Numbered from the stretch's first letter, positions 43,474 to 54,329 are shown. The stretch is 64,000 nt of DNA from an uncultured Candidatus Saccharibacteria bacterium (GCA_964491925.1 CAZBGZ010000001.1:128701-192700), one strand, 5' to 3'. Program-made: numbers and translations. Notes: generated from the letters alone by a model not told the origin.

Positions 43474-44217
43474 ATGAAGTACTACCCTCCGAGATATCTA
43501 TTGCGGAGGCACGTGATTATTAAAAATGTTATATCTAGCAATAAATTTTTGGAGATTGGAGCCGGTAAATTACTTCTGAGCACCGACTTACTAAAATACT
43601 TCAAAAATGGAACTTGCCTGGATTTTGCTCCTGGTATAAGGAAAATATATAAAGATCTGCCCAAAGATGTGAGAAAAAGACTGACTCCCAAGGTAGGAGA
43701 TTTCTTTAAAATAAAACTGCCATCCAACTATGACTGCGTCATAGCTTGTGAGGTAATGGAGCATGTAAAAAATGACCGTGCGTTTATAAACAGGGCTTAC
43801 GAACTCCTAAAGCCAGGGGGGCAAATAATTATTTCTGTGCCTGCGAAAGAAAAGTACTGGACGGTGCATGATGAAATAGTTGGGCACATTAGGCGTTATG
43901 AAAAAGACCGGCTTGAAAATCTATTTACTGATAAAAAATTCGAAAACATAAAAATAATTTCCTACGGCTACCCGTTCATTAATGTTCTTTGGGTACTTAG
44001 ATGGACTTTAGGCAAAATACAGGCCAGAGAGAAGAAGCAATGGAGCAGTGACAAACAAACTAAGGAAAGCGGCATAGGTAAGATTCCGAAATTCTTTGAT
44101 CTTCTGGGCATCATAAGTAACAAGTACGTATTATACATACCAAATAAAATTTCGGAATTATTCAATAGATTTGACCTATCTGAAGGCTATATCATTACCG
44201 CGAATAAGAAAAGCTAA
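43474..44217 (+). CDS. Class I SAM-dependent methyltransferase
   Basis: Motif I is FLEIGAGKL, followed by the post-I acidic residue, ACEVMEHV and LKPGGQIIISVP. The ATG at 43474 is preferred over the TTG at 43459. Confidence 0.75.
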   Translation: MKYYPPRYLLRRHVIIKNVISSNKFLEIGAGKLLLSTDLLKYFKNGTCLDFAPGIRKIYKDLPKDVRKRLTPKVGDFFKIKLPSNYDCVIACEVMEHVKNDRAFINRAYELLKPGGQIIISVPAKEKYWTVHDEIVGHIRRYEKDRLENLFTDKKFENIKIISYGYPFINVLWVLRWTLGKIQAREKKQWSSDKQTKESGIGKIPKFFDLLGIISNKYVLYIPNKISELFNRFDLSEGYIITANKKS

Positions 44218-44233
44218 GGGCGAGTTATTACTT

Positions 44234-45178
44234 TTAGTTAGCAATTCTGTTTTTTATAAATGATGTTCTAGACAAAGCCCAAGCCCCCAGTAAAACGAAG
44301 AAAAGAACACCATTTTGCACAATAGAAATAGAAAATATTTGAGGGGTCGTTAATCCTAAAACTGCGCTAGAAAATATAAATATTGCTTCTCTGATACCTA
44401 TAGACCCTGGCGTCACGTTTAGGAGCAGGCTAAGAGCTCCTAGGGCCGTGTACAGAACTAGTGGCCAAAAACCAATACTAAAACCGAGGGACGTAGTCGC
44501 CAGCTTTACGATAATCATTGTTATCAAAAAATTTCCCAACGTTACAGACATCAATTTCCACATAAGTGTTTTATGCTCAGTGATAATATTCCAGCCACGC
44601 AGAACTTGGGCGATTAGGTCTGCTACACGCTTGATCGATTTTCTTCGACTGAGCCAAGATATGATTGTTTTTGGGAATCCGTAAAAGGCAAGTATCAACA
44701 TACTGATAAAAATTCCACCAAGTACAAGTCCTAAAATATAAACTTGGGCATTCGGGGCACGGTCTTTCAATACGAATAGAGCCATCAGGCCTAAAAATGA
44801 ATTTATTAGAAATACTAATATGTAGTTACCTGATAACGTGGACATAAAATCCGTGTATGCTAGTTTAAATTTTTTCTTAAGGTAGACTGCTTTAATCCCT
44901 GTGCCAGCGCCAACAGGGAAAAAATAATTCCCGGCCGCGGTTAGTACGGATACAAAAAAGCTTTCTTCATAACCAATAACTTTATCGAAAGGCTCTATGG
45001 TCAATTTAATAAATAAGCCATTGAAAAAAATTATCACAATGTGGGCTATCGCGATAAAAAACAAATACTGAACTGGTACGTCTAAAAGAGCTCGAAAATC
45101 ATTGGCGTGGCCGAATATATAGAAGCCCAGATAAACAATAAACCCTACTAAAAGAGCGTAGCTGAGGACTTTCTTCAT
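44234..45178 (-). CDS. UPF0104 / lysylphosphatidylglycerol-synthase-TM-region-like 'flippase-like' membrane protein
   Basis: 314 aa with 8 TM segments. TPGSIGIREAIFIF resembles the PGGxGxRE motif of this family. Confidence 0.6.
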   Translation of the reverse strand: MKKVLSYALLVGFIVYLGFYIFGHANDFRALLDVPVQYLFFIAIAHIVIIFFNGLFIKLTIEPFDKVIGYEESFFVSVLTAAGNYFFPVGAGTGIKAVYLKKKFKLAYTDFMSTLSGNYILVFLINSFLGLMALFVLKDRAPNAQVYILGLVLGGIFISMLILAFYGFPKTIISWLSRRKSIKRVADLIAQVLRGWNIITEHKTLMWKLMSVTLGNFLITMIIVKLATTSLGFSIGFWPLVLYTALGALSLLLNVTPGSIGIREAIFIFSSAVLGLTTPQIFSISIVQNGVLFFVLLGAWALSRTSFIKNRIAN

Positions 45179-45200
45179 AGGAATAACTGTACCATAACGG

Positions 45201-46376
45201 CTATCTTACCGAACTAGATTTAAGAGCCTTTTTGTATATGTCTAGTAGTTGCCTATTCCTTGTTTCAATAGAAAACTTTCCTCCAGAAGTAAATTTTTTG
45301 GATCCCTTAACCCCCATTGTTTTAAGATCAACTTTATCTACTAGTATTTTATCAATTACTTTATATACTTCCGTAGCCAATGTTTCGTCTAGATTTCTAG
45401 CTTTAACCTTGGAGTCTTCTTCCTTGCCCGGCACAACAACCGAATCTAGCAATGCATTATTTAGGTGAATCAAAAACCCATCAGCACTATCATCGACTAT
45501 TTCAGGAGCAGCGAATTGGCCAGTGGTTATCACGGGCTTACTACAACTAAGTGCATCCAAAAATACCATGCCGAATGTATCCTGCTTGGTTGGCATTACA
45601 AATAGGTCAGTAGGCACAAAAAATAATGAAACTATCTGTTGTTTTGAAAAGTTGGGCTCATAAACTTTGACATTTGGGAGGTCGTATTCCTTGCATATTT
45701 CAGTGGCGTCCCCAGAAACAACATACAACTCAACTTTAGCTGAATTAACTTTGTTTATTTTTTGTATCGCCCATAGCACTTCTTCTAGCCCTTTTACGTA
45801 GCAAGGTGTGCCTACAAAAAGTAATTTTAGCTTGTCGTTATTTTCTACAAATTTATAATCTGGTTTTATTTTACTTGGCTCAACATACTTCAATGCTGGG
45901 TATATGACATTAACTTTATTCTCTATATCCTTGTAACGATCCGAGAATAGATCTTTTAGAGTTCGTCTAGCAGCCTTGGTCCAACAGTTTATGGAAATGC
46001 ATTGTTCGGATGATATGAACTTGTATACCTTGCCTAAACTATCCTTATCATAACTAAAGCCTGTCATGCTACTAGCATGCTCGAAGTCGATAATATACGG
46101 TTTATTTGGTATATCATCACTAATCATATTCAAATAGTGGTACAGGTCTACGTCATCATCCGAGTTTTGTTTGCTAAAAGCCATTTTTTCAACAACCCTA
46201 ATAATTTGTCTACCGAGTCTAAAATATCGAAGCTTGCGGTAAATTGGCATCAATTTACCCAGTCCAGATTTTACTGGCGGAATGATATATTGGACACCTT
46301 CTGGCGGATTGGTGACCAAGGATTCGTATGCTTTATGTAATGGTTTATAGTTGCGGTAAACTATTTTAACTTTCAT
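45201..46376 (-). CDS. Glycosyltransferase family 4 (GT-B)
   Basis: 391 aa with C-terminal motif DTFGMVFLDALSCSKPVITTGQFAAPEIVDDSADGFLI. Confidence 0.8.
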   Translation of the reverse strand: MKVKIVYRNYKPLHKAYESLVTNPPEGVQYIIPPVKSGLGKLMPIYRKLRYFRLGRQIIRVVEKMAFSKQNSDDDVDLYHYLNMISDDIPNKPYIIDFEHASSMTGFSYDKDSLGKVYKFISSEQCISINCWTKAARRTLKDLFSDRYKDIENKVNVIYPALKYVEPSKIKPDYKFVENNDKLKLLFVGTPCYVKGLEEVLWAIQKINKVNSAKVELYVVSGDATEICKEYDLPNVKVYEPNFSKQQIVSLFFVPTDLFVMPTKQDTFGMVFLDALSCSKPVITTGQFAAPEIVDDSADGFLIHLNNALLDSVVVPGKEEDSKVKARNLDETLATEVYKVIDKILVDKVDLKTMGVKGSKKFTSGGKFSIETRNRQLLDIYKKALKSSSVR

Positions 46377-47461
46377 AACCTTGTAACTATATCCTCCAGT
46401 ATTTTTGATGCCTCTGCTGCCGAAAACTTGTCTGTATAGAGCTTCCTCGCTCCCTCACCAATTGTGTTAAGTTTTTGTTGGTTATCAAATGCCCATCTAA
46501 TGGCGCTCGTTAGTTTCTCTGTGGAACCTTGCTCGACTAGTAGACAGTTTTTTCTGTCCACAAAACCAATTTCTTCGTCTATCTTACCGATGATTGTTGG
46601 TCTACCCATAGCCAAGAACTGAAATGTTTTCCCAGTAATAACTTTTTTTGCCTGTGGGGTTGCACCAAAAGGGCCTCCTAAACATACGTCAGCGTTACTA
46701 ATATAATCTGGTAGCCTAGCAAAAGGGACCCACTGTAAATATTTAACGTTATCAAGCTGGTTGTTTTTTATGTAATCGCTAACGTAGCTAATAGTTTTTC
46801 TGCTGCCTTTGCCCCCAACGATCACGAACTCTATATCGCTCTCCCTGAGGTTTTTGGCGGACTCCAGTATATGTTTTACGCCATGTAATGCTTCGATATT
46901 TCCGTAAAAGAAAACTGAAAACTTCCCATGTTTATTTTTACTTGTCTTTAGCGGTTTGAAGGTTGCTTCGTCTGTGCCAACATACAAGGTTCTATATTTT
47001 TTTATCGAGGTCCCGTAAGTTTTGCTAGAACTTTCTGCGTGCAAATTTGTATCAGCAAGAATTAAACGCACAGATTTATGTATCAACCTTACATATTCGT
47101 ATGCCAGTTTTGAGAAAATTGAGTCTTTTTTCAATATCTTTTTTTCACCAACCAAAGATTGTTGCATATTGATAAATTCGTCAAAAATAACTGGACGCCC
47201 AATAGTTATGAGCCTAAAAATCCAAAAACTTTCGTGACTTCGAAAACCGAAAACATATATATCTGGGTGGTTAATTATTCTTTGCTTGATCAACCGTAAC
47301 GTTGTTTGTAAATAGCGCATTACTGACGAGCTGGAGTTCATTGCAGTATAGAGCTCAACGCCCTTTGCTAGTTTTAAAGCACCCAGTATTACTGATGTAC
47401 GAACATAGTTTGGGTATTTATATGACAGTACATAGCAAACTTTTACTGGCTTATTCGTCAT
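46373..47461 (-). CDS. Glycosyltransferase (GT-B fold, GT4-like)
   Basis: 362 aa with a GT-B C-terminal half (FVIVGGKG...GKTFQFLAMGRPTII). It has 4-nt overlaps with both neighbours. Confidence 0.7.
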   Translation of the reverse strand: MTNKPVKVCYVLSYKYPNYVRTSVILGALKLAKGVELYTAMNSSSSVMRYLQTTLRLIKQRIINHPDIYVFGFRSHESFWIFRLITIGRPVIFDEFINMQQSLVGEKKILKKDSIFSKLAYEYVRLIHKSVRLILADTNLHAESSSKTYGTSIKKYRTLYVGTDEATFKPLKTSKNKHGKFSVFFYGNIEALHGVKHILESAKNLRESDIEFVIVGGKGSRKTISYVSDYIKNNQLDNVKYLQWVPFARLPDYISNADVCLGGPFGATPQAKKVITGKTFQFLAMGRPTIIGKIDEEIGFVDRKNCLLVEQGSTEKLTSAIRWAFDNQQKLNTIGEGARKLYTDKFSAAEASKILEDIVTRL

Positions 47462-48435
47462 GACCGCTTTTCTTTATCAGGCCACCTAATTTGCTTTGCA
47501 TGCTCTAGAATTTTTTCTTGATTATTGAGCATTCTGCTTAGCATGTCTGCAACCAACCCTAAGGACCATATGACAATAGCTAGCGTGACAAAATATACCC
47601 CACCAAAACCTAAAAACTTGTATGGACTAAAACTACCCGTAGCAACCCAGTGCCCCAAAAAACCCAAAGTACATATGGCACCGATTAAAAATGGCAAAAA
47701 TCCAAGCCAACCAAAAAATCTGAAAGGAGCAAAATCTCGGTAAGACCGAAGTATACTAATTGCGCTAGATGCAACATAAGAAAATATGCTTGTTACAACT
47801 CTAGATTTTCTGTCTTTAAAATAAGTCACTTTCACAGGGACAGCTTTTATTCGCATGTTTTTCATCGCTAAAACCTGAAAAGATTCTTGAGTGTATGTAT
47901 ACGAACCATTGGTGTTTAAAACCGACAAAGCTTTGTGACCGTAAGCGCGGAAACCACACGTTACATCGTTAAACTTGCGTTTGCTCAATTTTCCAACAAT
48001 CCACGCGCCCAGTTGATTGCCATAGTATTTACCGGCAGGCATGTTTTTTGGCCTTCTTTTATTCCCCGCTTCGTTCGTGAATCTGTCTGCAGCCACAAAA
48101 TCAGCTTCATCGTTTATTATGGGTTGGGTCAACATTGGGATATCTTTCGGGTTAAACTGCATATCACCGTCAATATTGACCATGATATCAACCCCTTCAC
48201 TCAAAGCGATATCCACCATCTCCCGGAAACGAGCGGCTAAGCGCTTTTGTATGCCATCAGAATATACTTTCGCTCCGTGGGCTTTTGCCGTCTCGACTGT
48301 CGCGTCAGTACTGCCGTCGTCAATAACAACTTTCTGAACTTCGGATATACCAGGGATGTGCTTTGGAATATTGTCCAGCACATCTCCAATCGTCGTTGCT
48401 TCGTCCTTGCAAATAGAAAACACTAATAACTTCAT
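47458..48435 (-). CDS. GT2 polyprenyl-phosphate glycosyltransferase (GtrB/ArnC/DPM1-like), copy a
   Basis: 325 aa with a GT-A domain (DDGSTD, DGDMQ) and two C-terminal TM helices, as in GtrB-type enzymes. Confidence 0.85.
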   Translation of the reverse strand: MKLLVFSICKDEATTIGDVLDNIPKHIPGISEVQKVVIDDGSTDATVETAKAHGAKVYSDGIQKRLAARFREMVDIALSEGVDIMVNIDGDMQFNPKDIPMLTQPIINDEADFVAADRFTNEAGNKRRPKNMPAGKYYGNQLGAWIVGKLSKRKFNDVTCGFRAYGHKALSVLNTNGSYTYTQESFQVLAMKNMRIKAVPVKVTYFKDRKSRVVTSIFSYVASSAISILRSYRDFAPFRFFGWLGFLPFLIGAICTLGFLGHWVATGSFSPYKFLGFGGVYFVTLAIVIWSLGLVADMLSRMLNNQEKILEHAKQIRWPDKEKRS

Positions 48436-48510
48436 TTACTGCCTTTCTTATATACGTTGTATTGTACCAGCACTGCTTTTTTTATCGCTACGCTATCCTT
48501 TTTTGGAAAA

Positions 48511-50049
48511 TCAAGAATTTTCATCTATTGCCGAGTTTGCTAGTCTAAATATACTTATACAAATTAAAGCCGCACCAAAAATAAAACTAAATAATAGCCC
48601 GATTAAGGCACTCCTAGATATACCATTAGCTACGACCATATCAGGCAACCCTTTCAATGCCTGCGAAACCTGAGTTAAACTGGGCAATGATGGGTTCTCT
48701 ACCGAAAGGTTACTGGCCCTATATATAGTTGACCCGCCAATTAAAATCAGAAAAATAGTGACCAGTTGGCCTCTTGCCCATCTTGGCTCCAGTAAGCCAT
48801 AAGACAAAAATAATGCTAGAGGTAAAAGTGCCGGAATCATATACCTGAAAGAGTAATTGCCTGTTCCTATGGCAAACTTTATTTGTATCATAAACATCCC
48901 AACAAATGAGCAAATTAATAAAGCTATGTTTACAATCCTTTTTTTATCTTTGAGTAAATCTTTCGTATTAATGCGATCTAGAAATGCGATGAATCCCATG
49001 GAGCCAGCACTAATTAACGCTATCGATAACGTGCCAATAGCACTAAAGTTCCAATATAATAAACGCCACAAGCCTGAGCCTGTAAGAACCATATAGGCTG
49101 TTTTGTAGGGTCTCAGACTAGGGTAATTAGACGGAATATTACTGCTGAAATTACCAGTAACTTTATAGTTATGAAGGTAATAAAACCAGCCAATAGTAAA
49201 CATCACGGCCATTGCGATCCCCAAGCCAATCAATAATGCTATTGCAACTTTTTTAGCAATTTTCTTTTTGTTTTTTGAATCACTATTTAACATTGGGGAT
49301 ATTACTACACTAGCCATAGACAGCAACAAAAATGGCAAGTATGTAACTTTTGTGGCCATTCCCCCTATCGATAAAATAGTTAGAAAAATTACATATTTTA
49401 GTCTTAAACCATTTTGAATAATTTTATGCATATTTATTAGCGCCAAGGTCGAAAATAACACAAGTAAAACATCTACAGCATAGTTTAGGTTTAATATTGT
49501 AAAATGATGCATTAAAGCCGCAAGCGCTGGAACAGTTATTGCAAATACCTGTCTTCGTTTCCCGCCAAAAAGCCAACCAGCCCAAGCAAAGGCAAAAACA
49601 CACAATATGCCAATAAAAATATTCAAAGCCCTACCGATTGCGATAGCTTTTTGCCATTGGCCAGATTTTAGGGAAGGACCAATAAACGGTGCGTGAATCA
49701 TATAAAATAATGGCGGGTTGGACGCTGCGGGTTGATTTCTATACAGATTCTTTCTCAGCGCATTCAGATCTTTTTGCCGTAAACCGTCTTCGAACTTAGG
49801 CAACTGCTTGTTGTATACCCTCCATGCATAATCTATATGTCTAGGCGCGTCACCCTTCCCAAGCCACCAAGGGCTACTGACCGAAACTACCCCAGCAACG
49901 CCAACATACATAAAGATAACGCCCAAAATACCCAGAAAAATATAGCCAATATACCTCTTACTTTTGCTGTCTGGGTTTTTGCCCCGATTTTTTGTTAGAG
50001 ATATTTTTGTCAATAAAGTTGGTTTATTATTCTTTTTTTTGATGCTCAT
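48511..50049 (-). CDS. Polytopic GT-C-like membrane protein, family B copy 1 (ArnT/PMT-like)
   Basis: 512 aa with more than 10 TM segments. The first external loop is HIDYAWRVYN...NPPLFYMIHAPFIGP. It is roughly half identical by eye to 55749..57191. Confidence 0.65.
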   Translation of the reverse strand: MSIKKKNNKPTLLTKISLTKNRGKNPDSKSKRYIGYIFLGILGVIFMYVGVAGVVSVSSPWWLGKGDAPRHIDYAWRVYNKQLPKFEDGLRQKDLNALRKNLYRNQPAASNPPLFYMIHAPFIGPSLKSGQWQKAIAIGRALNIFIGILCVFAFAWAGWLFGGKRRQVFAITVPALAALMHHFTILNLNYAVDVLLVLFSTLALINMHKIIQNGLRLKYVIFLTILSIGGMATKVTYLPFLLLSMASVVISPMLNSDSKNKKKIAKKVAIALLIGLGIAMAVMFTIGWFYYLHNYKVTGNFSSNIPSNYPSLRPYKTAYMVLTGSGLWRLLYWNFSAIGTLSIALISAGSMGFIAFLDRINTKDLLKDKKRIVNIALLICSFVGMFMIQIKFAIGTGNYSFRYMIPALLPLALFLSYGLLEPRWARGQLVTIFLILIGGSTIYRASNLSVENPSLPSLTQVSQALKGLPDMVVANGISRSALIGLLFSFIFGAALICISIFRLANSAIDENS

Positions 50050-50237
50050 TCGGCAAAACTACTTATGATATTAAAATATATTAAACTAATATTGATTACT
50101 GGTCGTATTGTACCCCATTCATAACTAGCTGAGTTACTAATTATGAATTATCTTTATATAGTCTATAATCTAACTATCGGTACGGGTGAGATTAAAATAC
50201 CAAACAATATTATATGAATCATTAGGTTAAATAATAC

Positions 50238-51188
50238 ATGAAACTCGTTGTACAAATACCCTGTTTTAACGAAGAAAAAACGCTCGCACCAGTTTTAAAG
50301 TCTATTCCTAAGAAAATCCCAGGGATAAAAAAAATCATTGTTTTGATAATTGATGACGGTTCTACTGACAAGACTATTGCCGTTGCCAAAAAACATGGCG
50401 TCAAAGATTTTGTTATCCATAAACAAAACATGGGACTCGCCCGATCGTTTCACGATGGCGTTAACTATGCCCTTTCCATAGGCGCCGACATTGTGGTAAA
50501 TACTGACGGCGATAATCAATATCCTCAGGCAAGCATTGGGGCTCTCGTTCAGCCAATAATAAAAGGCCAGGCAGAGATCGTAATTGGTGATCGTCAAACT
50601 GCTACCATCGAGCATTTTTCTCCGATAAAAAAGTTCTTTCAGTCTGTGGGTAGCAAAATCGTGAACAAGGCAGCGGGCACAAATTTACCCGACGCAGCCA
50701 GCGGTTTTAGAGCATATTCTAAAGAAGCATTATTCAGACTAAACATAGTTACACAGTTTAGCTACTGCATGGAGACTATTATTCAGGCTGGCAATAAGCG
50801 GATACCAATTACTAGTATAAAGATCAAGACAAATCCTAAAACCAGAGAATCAAGATTATTCAAGAACATGTGGCAGCATATGTACAAATCAGGCTCAGCA
50901 ATAATACGAAGTTATATCATGTATCGACCGCACTTGATTTTCATCAGCCTAGGCAGCGTCCTCCTAATTGGGGGGTTAATTCCATTCGCACGTTACGGTG
51001 TTTTATACCTGTTCGGCAATAGAGGAGACCACATTCAATCGCTTCTTCTTGGGGCTGTCTTTATTTTTTCATCGATGATCGCTTTTGCGCTAACAGTAAT
51101 TGCGGACCTGACCCATACCAACAGAACTCTCCTGGAAGACGCCCTAGAGAGAACCAAGCGTATAGAGTTCAAAAATCGTAAGCCCTAA
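50238..51188 (+). CDS. GT2 polyprenyl-phosphate glycosyltransferase (GtrB/ArnC/DPM1-like), copy b
   Basis: 316 aa with IPCFNEE, DDGSTD, DGDNQ and two C-terminal TM helices. It is a paralog of 47458..48435. Confidence 0.85.
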   Translation: MKLVVQIPCFNEEKTLAPVLKSIPKKIPGIKKIIVLIIDDGSTDKTIAVAKKHGVKDFVIHKQNMGLARSFHDGVNYALSIGADIVVNTDGDNQYPQASIGALVQPIIKGQAEIVIGDRQTATIEHFSPIKKFFQSVGSKIVNKAAGTNLPDAASGFRAYSKEALFRLNIVTQFSYCMETIIQAGNKRIPITSIKIKTNPKTRESRLFKNMWQHMYKSGSAIIRSYIMYRPHLIFISLGSVLLIGGLIPFARYGVLYLFGNRGDHIQSLLLGAVFIFSSMIAFALTVIADLTHTNRTLLEDALERTKRIEFKNRKP

Positions 51189-51249
51189 AAAACCTACTTG
51201 TCGGCTCCCCCCTTGAAATTTATATCTCAATCTGTTATAGTGCTTATGC

Positions 51250-51786
51250 ATGAATAAAAATAAAAAATCAAAAAAACTAATTATTATTGCCTCTGTAATT
51301 GTAGCCTTACTTGCTGCTGGTGCCATCTGGTGGTTTTTTATTCGATCTGAGTCTGGGACTAACTCAACCCAGCCCGATCTTAACGAAGAAACAATCAATT
51401 ATAGTCCGCCAACGGAAGCAGAGAAAAGTGAAGCGACAACTCGAAAGGACGAGATAGTCAAACAGCAAAGTCAGTCTAACGACACAAGTAATACAGAAAA
51501 AACTTCAACTATAACTGTTACCACAGCGGCCTTAAACGGTAAGAATGTTGAAGTTAGAGGATATATTAGTAGTTTCGTGCAAGAAGGTGGAACATGCACG
51601 TATACCTTCACAGGCAATGGTACTGTTATCAAATCTTCCACTGGAGTTGCTGATGTTTCAACAACTAATTGTGGTATTTCCGTCCCAAGAACTTCTTTGC
51701 CCGGTAGTAGCTGGAAAGTCTTAATTAGTTATAAATCAGGAGCGACTTCAGCGTCATCGTCTGTGCAACCGATAGATGGCCTGTAG
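51250..51786 (+). CDS. N-terminally anchored extracytoplasmic protein, unknown function
   Basis: 178 aa with a TM anchor, an S/T/E-rich linker, and a ~85-aa beta-rich C-domain containing 2 Cys. Confidence 0.5.
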   Translation: MNKNKKSKKLIIIASVIVALLAAGAIWWFFIRSESGTNSTQPDLNEETINYSPPTEAEKSEATTRKDEIVKQQSQSNDTSNTEKTSTITVTTAALNGKNVEVRGYISSFVQEGGTCTYTFTGNGTVIKSSTGVADVSTTNCGISVPRTSLPGSSWKVLISYKSGATSASSSVQPIDGL

Positions 51787-51798
51787 TATAATAAGCAT

Positions 51799-54219
51799 AT
51801 GCATTTACCGAAGTTTTTTACACCAAAAAGGCTAGTAATCGCCACCATAAGCAATCTGGTGTTTGTTGCCGTTGTGCTAGCTCCTGGTGCCTCTGCGCTT
51901 AGTGGGAGTAGCTTTAATAAAGCCAGAATAATCGATGACCCTCTTTTTTACCGCTCATCTAGCATGTCGGCCACTGGAATCCAGAGCTTTCTCAATAGCA
52001 AGGTCCCTGCTTGTGACACAAACGGCACTGAGCCATCTGGGCATAACGGCTACGCGACTAGGGCTGATTGGGGACGAGCAAACGGAAACCCGCCACCCTA
52101 CACTTGTCTGAAAAGTTTTAAACAAAATACCCCTAGCAGAGCGGGTGTTTCTGGACTTTGTAACGCTATTAGCGCCAGGTCCGGACGTACCGCCGCCCAA
52201 ATTATTTATGATGTTTCTAAGGCTTGCGGCATAGATTCAAAAGTATTAATAGTGATGTTACAAAAAGAGCAAGCGCTAGTTACGGATGAATGGCCTTGGG
52301 CTATTCAGTATCGAAGCGCCATGGGGTATGGTTGCCCAGACACTGCCCCATGCGCAAAAGAATATTATGGATTTTTTAACCAAGTTTATAATGCCGCAAA
52401 ACAACTAAAAAATTATCGCAAAAATCCAGGCTCGTTCAACTATGCCTCTGGTCGAAAAAGCTATGTATCCTATCAAGCGAATGCGCCAAGTTGCGGCAAG
52501 TCATATATTACAATGCAAAATGCTGCAACTGCTGCCCTGTATAACTACACCCCGTACCAACCTAATGCAGCTGCCCTAGCGAATCTATACGGTACTGGTG
52601 ACAGTTGTAGTGCCTATGGCAATAGAAACTTTTGGCGAATGTTCAACGATTGGTTTGGCTCGACATCGTCGACCCCGCTTTTCCGTATTAATAATGGTGA
52701 TGCGGTATATATATTAGGCTCTAGTAACAACTATTACCACGTAACATCGCCAGCTGTCCTAGAGGCCTATGGCCTAGGGAACACTGTTAACCGCGTGGCT
52801 AATGCCCCTGGTAGCTATGTGACGGGGAAAACCATGTCCGGCAGTTTGCCTCCAATAGCAAGGTTTGAGGGCGACGAGGTTTACTTCATGAACTCCGGCA
52901 AGCTAAATCACTTTACCTCCAGAAGCATGATGCAAGAATATGGTTACGACGTTGGTGGCGAAGCCTACCTACCAGCCGCAACGAAGAGCTATTACACGTC
53001 TTCTAGCGACATGCAACAGGTTTCAAGACAATCTGGTAGCACAGCAATATACTATGTAGACAATGGCAAAAAACGACATATTACTAGCCAAGAAGCATAT
53101 GACAGTGGCAGCCCATCATTCTCGTCCAGAGATAAGGTCAGCCTTAGCCGCAATTCTTTATCTTTTGTAAGTACTGGCGCACCTATTTTAACAGCCAATA
53201 AGGTCCTACAAAGAACCAATGATGGCAGTTACGCATTTTGGGATGGTAGTTCTGTGCAAAACATTAATAAAAAAACGGCCATCGAGTTAGGGCTGAAGCC
53301 AGAATATAAAGCTAGCAATGGCATCATAAATCAGTTGGCCCAATCTGGAACAACGGTCAACAAATTAGTCAAAAATGGTGCCGGACAACTTTATCTATTA
53401 GACGGCAAGAAAAAATACTTAGTATCTCCTTCTGACCTATCGGATATGGGGCTGACAAATTCCTCGTTTCAACTTACTTCTAATGGCTTCTTGGGTAAAA
53501 TTGGTGTGACAAAAAACTTTTCAAAGGTAGTGAAAGTAGACGGCTCTAGTGCCGTATACCTAGTGGTTGAGGGCAAGTTACGCCATGCTTTAGACAAGAA
53601 TGTATTTAGTGAGCGCGGGTTATCAATCAATCAAGTCGTGAGCATTAATGCTCGCTCTGCGAGTTTATTGCCGTATTCAAGTCAAAAACTGCTATCGTTA
53701 GGAGCCTTATTCAAGATTGCTGGGAGTAACAAAATATATTTAGTCAACCAGTTAGATAGTAGTCTTTACGTACCGGGCAAGACAATAATGCAAGAGCTCG
53801 GCCTCTCTAGTAAACCCGTTACCACCCTATCTGCATCCCAAGTGTCCGGCTACCCCAGAGAAGGCAAACTGGGCTATTTTGTAAAAAATGCTTCGGGCGC
53901 AAGTATTTGGCTATTATACTCGGGGAATAAGAGAGCATCAGCGTCTGCTACTATGGCTAATTCATCAAATTACAACTTAGACACAGGTAATTTGCCCGCC
54001 CTGCATAGTTCGTTAATTAGTAGATATAACAGCCAAAACCCACTTACCAGCCTAGTCCAGGCCAGCGGCAGCAGCAAGGTATACAGCGTAGTGGCGGGTC
54101 AAAAAAGATGGGTGACTAGCACAACCGCCTTTAATGCCCAGGGCTTTTCACGCGGTAATATTAGGACGATTTCGACAGGTTTTCTTTCTAGCTTGCCCAC
54201 TGGCTCAAGCATTAATTAA
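51799..54219 (+). CDS. Secreted 806-aa protein: Cys-containing N-domain plus nine degenerate ~55-aa repeats
   Basis: The signal peptide ends at ...APGASA. The N-domain contains AAQIIYDVSKACGIDSKVLIVMLQKEQALV. The repeats carry the core (V/I)Yx(V/L)xxGK(K/L)(R/H)x(I/V)xSxxxxxxxG(L/F) and span nt 52675-54216. Confidence 0.6.
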   Translation: MHLPKFFTPKRLVIATISNLVFVAVVLAPGASALSGSSFNKARIIDDPLFYRSSSMSATGIQSFLNSKVPACDTNGTEPSGHNGYATRADWGRANGNPPPYTCLKSFKQNTPSRAGVSGLCNAISARSGRTAAQIIYDVSKACGIDSKVLIVMLQKEQALVTDEWPWAIQYRSAMGYGCPDTAPCAKEYYGFFNQVYNAAKQLKNYRKNPGSFNYASGRKSYVSYQANAPSCGKSYITMQNAATAALYNYTPYQPNAAALANLYGTGDSCSAYGNRNFWRMFNDWFGSTSSTPLFRINNGDAVYILGSSNNYYHVTSPAVLEAYGLGNTVNRVANAPGSYVTGKTMSGSLPPIARFEGDEVYFMNSGKLNHFTSRSMMQEYGYDVGGEAYLPAATKSYYTSSSDMQQVSRQSGSTAIYYVDNGKKRHITSQEAYDSGSPSFSSRDKVSLSRNSLSFVSTGAPILTANKVLQRTNDGSYAFWDGSSVQNINKKTAIELGLKPEYKASNGIINQLAQSGTTVNKLVKNGAGQLYLLDGKKKYLVSPSDLSDMGLTNSSFQLTSNGFLGKIGVTKNFSKVVKVDGSSAVYLVVEGKLRHALDKNVFSERGLSINQVVSINARSASLLPYSSQKLLSLGALFKIAGSNKIYLVNQLDSSLYVPGKTIMQELGLSSKPVTTLSASQVSGYPREGKLGYFVKNASGASIWLLYSGNKRASASATMANSSNYNLDTGNLPALHSSLISRYNSQNPLTSLVQASGSSKVYSVVAGQKRWVTSTTAFNAQGFSRGNIRTISTGFLSSLPTGSSIN

Positions 54220-54329
54220 TCATAACTACTCCTAATTATCCTTCTGTGTTTGGACAGTTTTTCCGCTATACTGTTAGTCATATTATGTTTTCTAGACCAT
54301 TTATAGCATTCAAAACAAAGACCCGTTAT

